DNA of 64,000 bases from an uncultured archaeon (GTDB lineage Archaea; Asgardarchaeota; Lokiarchaeia; Sigyniarchaeales; SOKP01). Location of the stretch: contig CAZALK010000011.1 of the NCBI GenBank assembly GCA_964486045.1, positions 96,001-160,000 of the forward strand. The letters are read 5' to 3'. The notes under the pieces were generated by a model, which saw nothing but the letters and a program-made list of their open reading frames with translations, was not told where the DNA came from and did no database searches. Of the stretch, positions 1-9,800 are shown piece by piece (the stretch's first letter is position 1; each line of letters begins with the position of its first letter). Position numbers and translations under genes: made by a program.

Positions 1-281
1 TTATTCCAATCTCTTACGTTCCAATAATGAAAAAATTAGAAAAATTAGGAGGAACTCCCGTGCTTCGGATGGCAAAAGCAAAAGCAGGGCCTTTAGTATC
101 TGACAACGGTAATTTCATTATTGATGCTAACTTTGGCGTAATAAAAGATCCGGGAGAATTAAACTTAAACATTTTAACTATTCCTGGAGTAGTTGACACA
201 GGATTGTTTGTTGGTATGACTTCTAAAGCATATATTGGATTAGAAGATGGAAAAGTAACTACACTGGTAAAAAAAAATTAA
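1..281 (+). CDS. rpiA: Ribose-5-phosphate isomerase A, C-terminal part (gene starts before the window)
   Basis: Frame open from nt 3: [48 protein letters not shown], the RpiA C-terminal signatures. Confidence 0.9.
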   Translation, partial: [92 protein letters not shown]

Positions 282-307
282 GATTTAGATAATAAAGATA
301 AATCATT

Positions 308-3300
308 TTATTCTTCCTGATTAAATGTAAGAGATTCTCCACAACTAGAGCAGAATTTCTTTGGTTTTTTTACAAGAAATCCACAGAAGGGACAATAAAT
401 TGACTGACCTGATGGATCTAATGGCTCAGGTGTTAGATATTCTTCTTCTCTTTCATATATAGCCCTATAATCATAATCTTGATATTCTGGTTGAGTGAAA
501 GTAATTCTAGGAGCTCTTTTCCTTCTTTTAGAATAAATTAACGCACTAACAATTCCAATTACTGCTACAATCCCTAATATTACAAAGAAAAAAGAAGATA
601 AATCAACGGGATTCCCAGCTATATTCAAAACAATTATAAAATCCTCCCAACCTCCTTCACTATCATAAACTGTAATGAGTAATACACCCAGATATCCTTG
701 ATTAGTGACAAAATCAAAGCCTGCAGCGGTTGATACTGTCTTTACACCTTCTAGTGTAGAATATTCAAATGAATTTGGTATACTCAAAAAACCCTCGTAC
801 ATTTCTGAAAAACTCTGATAACTTAATTCAGTGACCCCAATTGTGCTTGGAAATATGAAAATAAGAAATCCACCATCTATCACTGAAGCCATGAACATGT
901 TGATAAACACCCTCATATTAGATTTTTCATCCTCATAATTAACTGAATCTTCTACATCAATAAAAAAATTAAATCTTGAACCTTGTTTTGCCGAATATAC
1001 TAAAGAACCATCATCTGATTCAGTTTCCTCAAAGGTAACATCCATGCTACCAACGGAATTAAAAAAAGAACTCGCTTCTAATATTATAGGGGGATTATTT
1101 TTTATTTGAAATGAGTCTCTTGGTGAATTTGGATTCGTATAATTTTCATTTGATGGTATAATATAATATATCGCATAACCAGAGGGGTCGCTAATTTGAG
1201 GAATAAAAGTGGTGTTGTAGTTATTTGAGTTCAAATAACTAAATGATATCGTTTTATTTACAGATTTTTTAGAATTGAAGAAAGAATTAGAATATATAGT
1301 AAGAAAAGCATCTATACTTCCATTTGTTGAGTTATCGACAGTAGCAGTTAAATTCACTTTTTCGCTGTTCTCTCTCGTTATTGATGTTTTATTTGATGAT
1401 AAATTAACTATTGTTGGAACTTTAGAATTATCATAATAGAGCAATTTTGTGGACTTATTATAGGATACCGAACCTATTGTTAAATTTATTGTGAAAGTAT
1501 ATGGAATATAACTTGCAGCTGGTAAATTATAACTATAGTTAAAATAAATTCCATCACTTGCGAGAGTATCATTAATAATAATTTCTTGAGTATAATTTTC
1601 CTTCTCTACTGTTAATTCTAAAGTGTCATAATCTATACTTGCTAGTGGGGTTTCAGAAACTTGATCCTTCATAAATATTGAGAGATTTATTTGGGAATTT
1701 GAAGTACGTTCAGAGCCCAGTTCTAGATTAATTGATACATTTTCTTCTGGTAAGAGAAAATTAACAATATTTTTTAACAAATTATAGTGATCTTGAGAAT
1801 AACTCAGGGTTGTATATCTGTTATAAGCCCAGTGAAAATCACCAAATGCTAAAAAATTCCCTTTTCCTTGTTGAGTCCCATTATATAGTGCGACTACAGA
1901 TTTACCACCTACAGATGCAATTGACTCCGCGTCATTTGAAACTTCGAAGCTATTTCCATAAAGCCATTGAAATTGACTTACATTAGCAAAGATTGATAAG
2001 TTATTAAGATCTATGATACTTTGATAGTTGATCCTTGTATTTATTCCTAACCAGTTATCATCCATTATATTTTCTTCATTTATTTGGATATCAATCCCTA
2101 GTTGCATAAATAGATAATTTACATTGTCGAGTGCCATATCTTGATATCGAGTACCAAAAAACAACAGATTTCCTCCATTATCATAGTAGTTTTTTAAATT
2201 TATTATTTCTAGAGGGCTATAAGGCAAAATAGGAGTTTGTAATAAGATTAGATCATATTGTGCCAATCTTTCTTCCGTTAGTATTGAATTATCTGTATCT
2301 TTATTATAATCGGGTGTCCAATATTCCATCCCGTAATCAATTGATATATTTAGATCATAAATGTCACTCATAACATCATAAAAACCTATTTGATTAAATG
2401 AGACTTCAGGAAACCAATCATTTAAACCATGAAAGGATTCCATTAGCATACGGTATTCTGGTAATTTAATATCTAAATGGATATCAACTGTGTCATATAT
2501 TTTCCCTCCTATTGTTAAGTTAAGTTGAATATCTCTAATACCAGGAATAGCATCTTTATTAACCTCTATATCTATTTCTATAAATCCAATCCCAGAATCA
2601 GAAAAGATTATTGATGTTTTATCTAGATTAAGAGATATTCCTTGAGTATTATTTGATACTTCTATATCATACGTATTTACGATACCAGAAATTACTGTTA
2701 AGTTAAATTTTTGGCGATCTCCCGGAAATCTTATTAAATCGTAGGGTTTTACAGGTAAATTATCAGGAAAAACCTTGGCGGTATCATTATAATCTGGTGT
2801 AATATTACTTAGATAATTCAAAGAGGCAGTTATATTTATTAACCCTGCTCCAGACTTGAGAACGTCATCCTCAGCTTCGTTGAAAAGTTTTCTGGAACCT
2901 TCCAGAAGAGCTATTCTAGCTGTTTCAGGCGTTATGTTAGGATAAGCCTCTTTTAGAATTGCCAATGCTCCTGAAACAACAGGGGCAGCCATGCTTGTTC
3001 CACTTAAAGGGATATAATCGGCATCACCAGAGAAATCAAAAAAATTTCCCATCAATCTCTCTTCCTTCGAAATAGCTGAATCTCTTGCTTCTGCTGAAAT
3101 TATATTTACTCCGGGTGCAACTACATCCGGATATCCTAAATATCCAAAAGTAGGCCCCCAACTGCTAAATGAAGCCAATTTATCATTACTATCACTTGCT
3201 CCTACAGATATCACATCAACCCCCGAAGCGGGTGAAGAGCCTGTAAAATAATCTGGTCCAGAATTTCCAGCTGAGGCAACAAAAATAACTCCATATGCAT

Positions 3301-4306
3301 CCTGGGCGTTTGATATCGCATCAGTTAGTATATCACTTATGTAGGGATAGACTCCACCAAAACTCATTGAAATGATATCGGCTCCAGCACCTCCCAGGCC
3401 AATTGGTTTAGAACTCCAATCAATAGCACTTATAATGTCGAAATCTTCCAAACCACTAGCGTTTCCTGCCCTTGCATTGATTAATGACACTCCCGGAGCA
3501 ATACCTCGATATTTTCCATCAGAACCAGTCCCATCCCCTCCAATAATTCCTGCAACGTGAGTTCCATGTCCTACGTTATCATCAAAATCCGTTTCATTTT
3601 CATCTGTAACGAAATTTTGATTTTCGACAACGTTTAATCCTGGGTGGTTGTAAATCCCTGTGTCTATTACTGCAACTTTTACTCCTGATCCATCATATGT
3701 CAAATTTTCTGCTCCAACTGCTGTTAACCACCAATTAGAATAAGAATTTTTGTTTAAAGCGTTTAGTTGGAGTGAATCATCAATAATATATGGGTTTTCA
3801 AACGTTTCTGATTTATAAATTTTTTTTATTTCTTTTATCCCATTCAAATTCTCTTGCTTTATTAATAGTTCTGAGGGAGATACTTTAATATAAGTTCCGG
3901 GAATAATATCATAATTGTTGATAATTTCGTAATCTTCAAATATTGAGTCGATAATCATAATTCTTTTCGCTTTATTTACATTTTCTTTAAAAAGTAGGAT
4001 TATTTTCAAATAATTTTGATTACTAGGTGAAGATCTGGTCAAATTAAGAAGAGAACTTTGAAGTTTATCATCAAAAACAGATTTAAAGTGTTCTGACATA
4101 GAATCTGATTCAGCTTGGCTTAAATCTGCGTTAATAGGAAAATTAAAGTTTGACATTTCAACTTTGTTAATATATGATTGATTTGTGAGAAAATAATTAG
4201 TATTTTTATCCCCCAATCCCAAAAGTGGAAAAATTTGAAAAGATATCAAAACAAAAATAATAATTAGAAATAAGGTACTTTTTCTAGATTTTCTCATAGC
4301 TAACAC
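308..4306 (-). CDS. Membrane-anchored S8 subtilisin-like serine protease (Site-1 protease-like architecture) with C-terminal TM helix and cytoplasmic double zinc ribbon
   Basis: Signal peptide; triad motifs IDTG, GHGTHVAG, GTSMAAP; oxyanion AGNSG; TM FFFVILGIVAVIGIVSALIY followed by KRRKR; CPFC..CSSC tail. Confidence 0.9.
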   Translation of the reverse strand: MLAMRKSRKSTLFLIIIFVLISFQIFPLLGLGDKNTNYFLTNQSYINKVEMSNFNFPINADLSQAESDSMSEHFKSVFDDKLQSSLLNLTRSSPSNQNYLKIILLFKENVNKAKRIMIIDSIFEDYEIINNYDIIPGTYIKVSPSELLIKQENLNGIKEIKKIYKSETFENPYIIDDSLQLNALNKNSYSNWWLTAVGAENLTYDGSGVKVAVIDTGIYNHPGLNVVENQNFVTDENETDFDDNVGHGTHVAGIIGGDGTGSDGKYRGIAPGVSLINARAGNASGLEDFDIISAIDWSSKPIGLGGAGADIISMSFGGVYPYISDILTDAISNAQDAYGVIFVASAGNSGPDYFTGSSPASGVDVISVGASDSNDKLASFSSWGPTFGYLGYPDVVAPGVNIISAEARDSAISKEERLMGNFFDFSGDADYIPLSGTSMAAPVVSGALAILKEAYPNITPETARIALLEGSRKLFNEAEDDVLKSGAGLINITASLNYLSNITPDYNDTAKVFPDNLPVKPYDLIRFPGDRQKFNLTVISGIVNTYDIEVSNNTQGISLNLDKTSIIFSDSGIGFIEIDIEVNKDAIPGIRDIQLNLTIGGKIYDTVDIHLDIKLPEYRMLMESFHGLNDWFPEVSFNQIGFYDVMSDIYDLNISIDYGMEYWTPDYNKDTDNSILTEERLAQYDLILLQTPILPYSPLEIINLKNYYDNGGNLLFFGTRYQDMALDNVNYLFMQLGIDIQINEENIMDDNWLGINTRINYQSIIDLNNLSIFANVSQFQWLYGNSFEVSNDAESIASVGGKSVVALYNGTQQGKGNFLAFGDFHWAYNRYTTLSYSQDHYNLLKNIVNFLLPEENVSINLELGSERTSNSQINLSIFMKDQVSETPLASIDYDTLELTVEKENYTQEIIINDTLASDGIYFNYSYNLPAASYIPYTFTINLTIGSVSYNKSTKLLYYDNSKVPTIVNLSSNKTSITRENSEKVNLTATVDNSTNGSIDAFLTIYSNSFFNSKKSVNKTISFSYLNSNNYNTTFIPQISDPSGYAIYYIIPSNENYTNPNSPRDSFQIKNNPPIILEASSFFNSVGSMDVTFEETESDDGSLVYSAKQGSRFNFFIDVEDSVNYEDEKSNMRVFINMFMASVIDGGFLIFIFPSTIGVTELSYQSFSEMYEGFLSIPNSFEYSTLEGVKTVSTAAGFDFVTNQGYLGVLLITVYDSEGGWEDFIIVLNIAGNPVDLSSFFFVILGIVAVIGIVSALIYSKRRKRAPRITFTQPEYQDYDYRAIYEREEEYLTPEPLDPSGQSIYCPFCGFLVKKPKKFCSSCGESLTFNQEE

Positions 4307-4419
4307 AAGATAAAGTAGGTATTTAATGTTTCTTTTAATAACTAAAAAACTATTATTTTAAAAAATTATAGATTCGACAAATCTAGAATTATTAGGAAGA
4401 AGCAAGAAACCATAATCCC

Positions 4420-5676
4420 CTATTTTTCTGAAAGGATTTTTTTAGAAATAGAAAGAGCACAATGTTTCCCACACATAGTACATACTCCATGCTCTACTAT
4501 GTCTCTTTTCTTTGGTTCTTCGGGATCAATGCAATGTTCAAACTGTTTATTCCAGTCTTTCTGAAATCGATATTTTGAAAGCTCTAAATCGTCACGAAAT
4601 AGATGATTTAATCCGAACTTTAGAGAGTCTCCTACATGGGACGCAATTTTGCACGCAATCAAACCGTTTTTAATATCTTCTATTGTAGGTAGGCAGAGAT
4701 GTTCTGCAGGTGTAATCGCACATAGATAATCTGCTCCAAATCCAGATGCAAAAGCACCTCCAATAGCGGCAGCAATATGATCATACCCTACAGCATTATC
4801 AATAGGTATTGGTCCTGAAACAAAAAGTGGACGGTTATTTGTCAGTTTTTTATGAATTTTTACCCATTCTATTAAATCACCCACATTAACATGGCCACCT
4901 AGGCTCTCTAAAATCACTTGAATTCCATATTCATTTGCCTTTTTAGCAAGTTTACTATTCATGAGGATTTCTTCAAGTTGTAACTCGTCAACCTTATCAT
5001 GGATACATCCACTTCTCATGGCGTTACCTAAATTTAATACGGGATCATAATCTTTAAGCATCTCTAAAATATACTCAAAATTACTAAAAAAAGGATTTTC
5101 AACATGGTTTTCACTCATGATGGAAGCTGTAAAGCTACCCCCCTTTGAAACCATTCCCATTATTCTTTTTCCTTTCATTTTTTCAAGCATCTTTAGGTTA
5201 AAACCCGCGTGAATTACAATCGAACTAATCCCATCCTTTAATTGTTTCTCAATTACGTTCCATAATAAATCTTCAGAAATATTGGTTAGAGAGTCTGCTT
5301 CAATAACCGTCTGGTAAATAGGAACTGTGGTTATGGGAAGATTTGAAGAATTCAAAATCCTTTTTCTAATGCTATCAATATCACCACCCATTGAGAGATC
5401 GGATAAGGTGTCTGCACCATATTTTTGAGCAATTTTCACTTTTTCCATTTCATTTTCAGTATTAATCGTGGATGAGGAGGTTCCCAAATTAACGTTAATC
5501 TTAGTTCGTAAAGGAAATCCTATACCCAAGGGGTTATTACTGTCTCGTTTCATAATTACAATCTCCCCCTTTGAGATTCCTCTCATGATTTTATTCACTT
5601 TAATTTTCTCCATCTCAGCGACACGTTTAACCTCTTCCGTAATATTTCCGTTTAAAATTTCCTTAAGAATCGTCAT
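4420..5676 (-). CDS. thiC: Phosphomethylpyrimidine synthase ThiC family radical-SAM enzyme (divergent)
   Basis: TKINVNLGTS, GADTLSDLS, TVPIYQ, GYDHIAAAIG, TPAEHL, C-terminal CTMCGKHC cluster motif. Confidence 0.8.
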   Translation of the reverse strand: MTILKEILNGNITEEVKRVAEMEKIKVNKIMRGISKGEIVIMKRDSNNPLGIGFPLRTKINVNLGTSSSTINTENEMEKVKIAQKYGADTLSDLSMGGDIDSIRKRILNSSNLPITTVPIYQTVIEADSLTNISEDLLWNVIEKQLKDGISSIVIHAGFNLKMLEKMKGKRIMGMVSKGGSFTASIMSENHVENPFFSNFEYILEMLKDYDPVLNLGNAMRSGCIHDKVDELQLEEILMNSKLAKKANEYGIQVILESLGGHVNVGDLIEWVKIHKKLTNNRPLFVSGPIPIDNAVGYDHIAAAIGGAFASGFGADYLCAITPAEHLCLPTIEDIKNGLIACKIASHVGDSLKFGLNHLFRDDLELSKYRFQKDWNKQFEHCIDPEEPKKRDIVEHGVCTMCGKHCALSISKKILSEK

Positions 5677-5869
5677 ATCTAAATAATTTGTTAATAATTT
5701 TCATCAAAATAATAAAAAACTTTATGATAAAAATTAAAAATATTGAATTCTATTGAATTTTTCCACAATAATTATACAGTCTGATTTCTCTTTCTCGCCA
5801 TTCTTGTAAAAGAGCCTATTAATGCTCAAAATTTTTATAGAACTATAATTTAACTAAATTTGATTAAAA

Positions 5870-7039
5870 ATGACAGTACGTGATGAAGAAAATCCGGATC
5901 AAAAATTTGTTAGAGCAGCTGAAATTTTGACTGGAGCAAAAATTGGTACTAAAATGCCGGATGAATTAGTTGGAATTTTAAAAATTGCTGTTGGGGAAGA
6001 CAATGCTGATTTTTTAGAGGCATTTGCTGAGAAAACCTCATTCACTATGGAAGAATTAAAGGAAAGCCTAAAAAATAAAGGTATTGAATTAACTGAAGAC
6101 GAAATCTTAGCTAAGGTTGATTTCCTCGCAAATAATGGTGTAATGATGGATCAGCCTACAAGTCAAGGTGTAAAAATTTACCGTACACTCGGTATAGCTA
6201 GAATATTTGATTATATTTTTATGAGAGATGTTGATGCAGAGGATGAAGATATTAAGAAGCTAGCTAAATTACAGCATGATTGGATGGAGAGAAGAAGAAA
6301 AAATGTTCAAAATAAATACGATATCTTTGAATCTACAATTAATAAAGTCATGCCAATCGACAGAACAATAATCAGTAGCTACGAGAATCAGAATACTGGT
6401 GATGAGATTGAGATAAAAATTGATAAGACAATAGAGACACCCCAAGAGATGATTTTACCGAGTCAAACAGTCCAAGAAATTATTGATAAATACGATGACA
6501 TCGCTGTAGGTTATTGTTACTGTCGGAACCATGCAAAAGTTCTTGGAGAGCCATGTGAACAAACACACATCAAGGAAAGCTGCTTTACCTTTGGAAAGAG
6601 TGCACTACATACAGCTAAATATGGTTTTTCGAGACTTATATCCAAAGAAGAAGCATTGGACATTTTTGCGAAAATTCGTGATGATGGGTTAGTACATAAA
6701 GTTATGCATTTACGAGCTAATCCAGAGCTCCGTGAGGACGCTATATGTAATTGCTGTACTGATTGTTGCCCTCAAAGTAGAGGATTTATGCTAGCACCAA
6801 CAGCTAATTATACCAATTACTTAGCAGAGATTAATCCAGAATTATGTACCGGTTGTGGTATATGTGTAGAAAAATGTCATCAATTGATAATAGAACTTAA
6901 TGATGATGATATCGCTGAAAGGGATGAAGAAAGTTGCATAGGTTGTGGTGTTTGTGCATATTTTTGCCCTGAAAATGCCATTTCTATGGTTAAAACTCCA
7001 TTAAGAATTGTTCGAATGATGCCTCCTCTTCGAAAATAA
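5870..7039 (+). CDS. 4Fe-4S dicluster protein with N-terminal helical/wHTH-like region
   Basis: CYCR..C..C, ICNCCTDCC and two CxxCxxCxxxC ferredoxin motifs at the C-terminus. Confidence 0.85.
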   Translation: MTVRDEENPDQKFVRAAEILTGAKIGTKMPDELVGILKIAVGEDNADFLEAFAEKTSFTMEELKESLKNKGIELTEDEILAKVDFLANNGVMMDQPTSQGVKIYRTLGIARIFDYIFMRDVDAEDEDIKKLAKLQHDWMERRRKNVQNKYDIFESTINKVMPIDRTIISSYENQNTGDEIEIKIDKTIETPQEMILPSQTVQEIIDKYDDIAVGYCYCRNHAKVLGEPCEQTHIKESCFTFGKSALHTAKYGFSRLISKEEALDIFAKIRDDGLVHKVMHLRANPELREDAICNCCTDCCPQSRGFMLAPTANYTNYLAEINPELCTGCGICVEKCHQLIIELNDDDIAERDEESCIGCGVCAYFCPENAISMVKTPLRIVRMMPPLRK

Positions 7040-7087
7040 GTGATATCCCCCCCATAAATTATAAAACAACATATCATAAAGGTAAAA

Positions 7088-8128
7088 ATGATGTCTGACG
7101 AATCTTATGTAGAATTAAGAGAGTATATAAATAAAAACTCAATTGGATTTCCTGACACCCCCTCTGGTGTTGGAGTAAAAATATTGAAAAGACTTTTTTC
7201 GGTAAAAGAAGCAGAAATCGTTTTAAAATTGAAACCTTCTCGAAAAAGGGAAACTGCAGATCAAATAACAAAACGAACCGGCTTAGATAAAAATGAGGTC
7301 GAAAAAGAATTGGAATCCTTATCTAAGAAAGGACTACTTTTCCGAATCCGACGAGGTAATACAACCATCTATAATTTAGCACCTTTCATGATTGGACTAT
7401 ATGAATATTCAGTGCAAAACGTAGATGAGGAACTAGCTCAATTATATCGAGAATATTTTGATACAACATATATTTTTGAACTGGGCAAATTTAATGTACC
7501 GGGCTTTAAGGTTATCCCGATCGAAGAAACAATTGAAACTGATACAGTTCTTTTACCTTACCAAAACCTTAAACAGAGTATAAAAAATGCTAGAATAATC
7601 TCTGTTGCTGAGTGCATTTGCAGAAAAGAAGGTAAGCTCGTTCAAAGTGACCATAATGAGGATCACCCTATGGAAACTTGTCTAAGTTTTGGTGCTGCTG
7701 CGGAGTATTATATTGAAAACGATATAGGACGAGAAATAACTGCTGATGAAGCGATAAAAATTATCGATGAAGCCGACGAAGCGGGATTAGTTCACGCGGG
7801 AGCTAATAAAACACATTTATCCAATATTTGCAATTGCTGTCCGTGTTGTTGTGGTTTGATGAGAGGTATAACCCAATTTGGTCTTGATAAACATAAGTTC
7901 ATGAATGCATTATTCGAATCGATTATTGAAAAAGATCTATGTATTGGTTGTAATGCTTGCGTTGAAAGGTGTCCTGTTGGTGCAATTTCTTTAGAAGAAG
8001 ATTTTGCTGTAGTTGATCGGAACAGGTGTCTTGGTTGTGGTTTATGTCATAGAACTTGCCCTGAAGAAGCAATAATTTTACAATTAAGAGAAGATAGGGT
8101 GGAACCCTTCGCAAGTTTAAAAATCTAA
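7088..8128 (+). CDS. 4Fe-4S dicluster protein, paralog of the upstream gene
   Basis: CICR, ICNCCPCCC, CIGCNACVERCP and CLGCGLCHRTCP. Confidence 0.85.
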   Translation: MMSDESYVELREYINKNSIGFPDTPSGVGVKILKRLFSVKEAEIVLKLKPSRKRETADQITKRTGLDKNEVEKELESLSKKGLLFRIRRGNTTIYNLAPFMIGLYEYSVQNVDEELAQLYREYFDTTYIFELGKFNVPGFKVIPIEETIETDTVLLPYQNLKQSIKNARIISVAECICRKEGKLVQSDHNEDHPMETCLSFGAAAEYYIENDIGREITADEAIKIIDEADEAGLVHAGANKTHLSNICNCCPCCCGLMRGITQFGLDKHKFMNALFESIIEKDLCIGCNACVERCPVGAISLEEDFAVVDRNRCLGCGLCHRTCPEEAIILQLREDRVEPFASLKI

Positions 8129-8259
8129 ATTTATTTACAATTCTTTTAATTTGTTATCGAAAAAATCAGAGAAAAAAATTATTTATTCACATGATCCAGA
8201 AATGCTTTAACTACCATTTTGAATTTTGGATCACAAACTACAGTTATATTGTCTTTTCA

Positions 8260-8304
8260 GAATGGAAAGGTAAATTCAGAGTCCTATTTCAATGAAAATT
8301 TAGT
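8260..8304 (+). repeat. Dispersed intergenic palindromic repeat, copy 1
   Basis: gaatggaaaggtaaattcagagtcctatttcaatgaaaatttagt, near-identical to 10789-10834. Confidence 0.85.
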
Positions 8305-8603
8305 GAAAATTACATAATAACTGGCGATTTTTTAATAATAGAAGAAAATATAAGACCGATAGTATGTATTTAATTTGAAGAGAAGGTAATGAATAATCGT
8401 GAAAATATACTTAGAAACTTCGGTTATTATTCATAATAAGAAGATGACCAAGTAAGAATTTGACATTCTTGATGTCCCATTAATAAAACAACTTCCAATT
8501 AAATAAAACTTGTTTTTCTAGCATTTTATTAATTAAAAATTGAGGACTTTACTATATTTAAAGGATATTATCAATTAAATTGATGGAAACAGAGAATGGG
8601 CAA

Positions 8604-8675
8604 TGGACCCAGCGGGAATTGAACCCGCGGCCTTTTCCATGCCAAGGAAACGATCTTCCACTAATCCATGGGCCC
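8604..8675 (-). tRNA. tRNA-Ala(GGC)
   Basis: Reverse strand GGGCCCA..TTTCC-TTGGCAT-GGAAA..GCGGG-TTCAATT-CCCGC-TGGGTCCA; cloverleaf, G3:U70 alanine identity pair, no intron, no encoded CCA. Confidence 0.97.
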
Positions 8676-8796
8676 TATACTGTAAATTAAAAAACGTTCC
8701 CAAATAATTAAATTTTTTTGTTTTGGGGTTTTGAAACTAGCAATTTCCAAAAAAAAGGAAAAAAAATGAGATTATTAAAAAGTAAAAAAGATTTTT

Positions 8797-9720
8797 TTAT
8801 TGATCTTTATAAACTGGTGAACCGGCTTTCATATACCTATTCATATGGCGCATTGACGCAACTAATTTCCCTGTTTCCTTTTCTTCTAAGCTGGAATCGA
8901 GCCAATAATACTCAGTTTTACGGGAAACACCCGCACAAGCGATCTTACCCTTTGCAATATAAGGCACATCAACAAGTATTGGTCCATTTATATATCGTAC
9001 TTCGGTAGCACCAAAAAAAGGAACACCTTTATCCCATGTCTTATTATATGCTGTTAAACCCATTGTCATTACACCAAACGACGCAGTTGGAGATAGAATA
9101 GAATTCCCCCATGGAGATCCTCCCTTGTAATATTCAAGTCTATCGGTGATACCTGGTAATCCCTTAATAGCAGCATCCTGAGTGACTAAAACCTCTTTTG
9201 GACCAAATTCATCCCCTACATTATAACCCTCTAAAATACGCAATTCTTCTGGTTTACTGTTTTTTAGCTCAATTGATTGTAAATACGAAGGTTCTTTTGG
9301 ATTCCCTATAGATACCGTTCCTGTCATGATTTGTTGACCGCTTTTTAGTTCCCCCCAGGCTTTAAATTGAACATTATCTGCTGTAATGGGTAAGGAATCT
9401 TCTGTGGTACCTTCGGGTAATTCAAAAATTGCTCTAACCTCCTCCTTATCGATAGTTGCATAAGTATAATACATACTCACAGCCCCTTTCTCAAACCATC
9501 TATCACCAAATATTTTCTGCGCTATCGGTGCAAATAAACTTAAATGTATCGTACCAGGGATTGTTCCACCTCGCATTCCAACTTTTTTTGCCACCGAATC
9601 ATCATGAATCGAGGTTGCTAAACCCCTATATAGGTTTTCGGGTGCTCTCCAGCCCCCATAAATTTTTCCATCTTTTATTTCAATATCATCCATTATAATA
9701 CACATCTCCTTTTTTTTCAA
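8797..9720 (-). CDS. Double hot-dog fold (MaoC-like) protein; true start probably the later ATG (MDDIEIK)
   Basis: SIHDDSVAKKVGMRGGTIPG resembles the MaoC H-x-D..A..G..G-x-I-x-H/P-G segment; co-oriented with a MaoC hydratase; AGGAG precedes the later ATG. Confidence 0.55.
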   Translation of the reverse strand: MKKKEMCIIMDDIEIKDGKIYGGWRAPENLYRGLATSIHDDSVAKKVGMRGGTIPGTIHLSLFAPIAQKIFGDRWFEKGAVSMYYTYATIDKEEVRAIFELPEGTTEDSLPITADNVQFKAWGELKSGQQIMTGTVSIGNPKEPSYLQSIELKNSKPEELRILEGYNVGDEFGPKEVLVTQDAAIKGLPGITDRLEYYKGGSPWGNSILSPTASFGVMTMGLTAYNKTWDKGVPFFGATEVRYINGPILVDVPYIAKGKIACAGVSRKTEYYWLDSSLEEKETGKLVASMRHMNRYMKAGSPVYKDQ

Positions 9721-9800
9721 AAATTTTAGAAATTCATTCAGTTCTTAATTAATTGCATTTCAATATTAATCTTATATCCATAAAAAAAGTATCTGATAAA

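Noticed and set aside
5779-5788. Possible extra repeat copies (AGTCTGATTTC near 5779; AAATTGAGTCTAGATT near 18215)
   Set aside because: Too short or degenerate to distinguish from chance in AT-rich DNA
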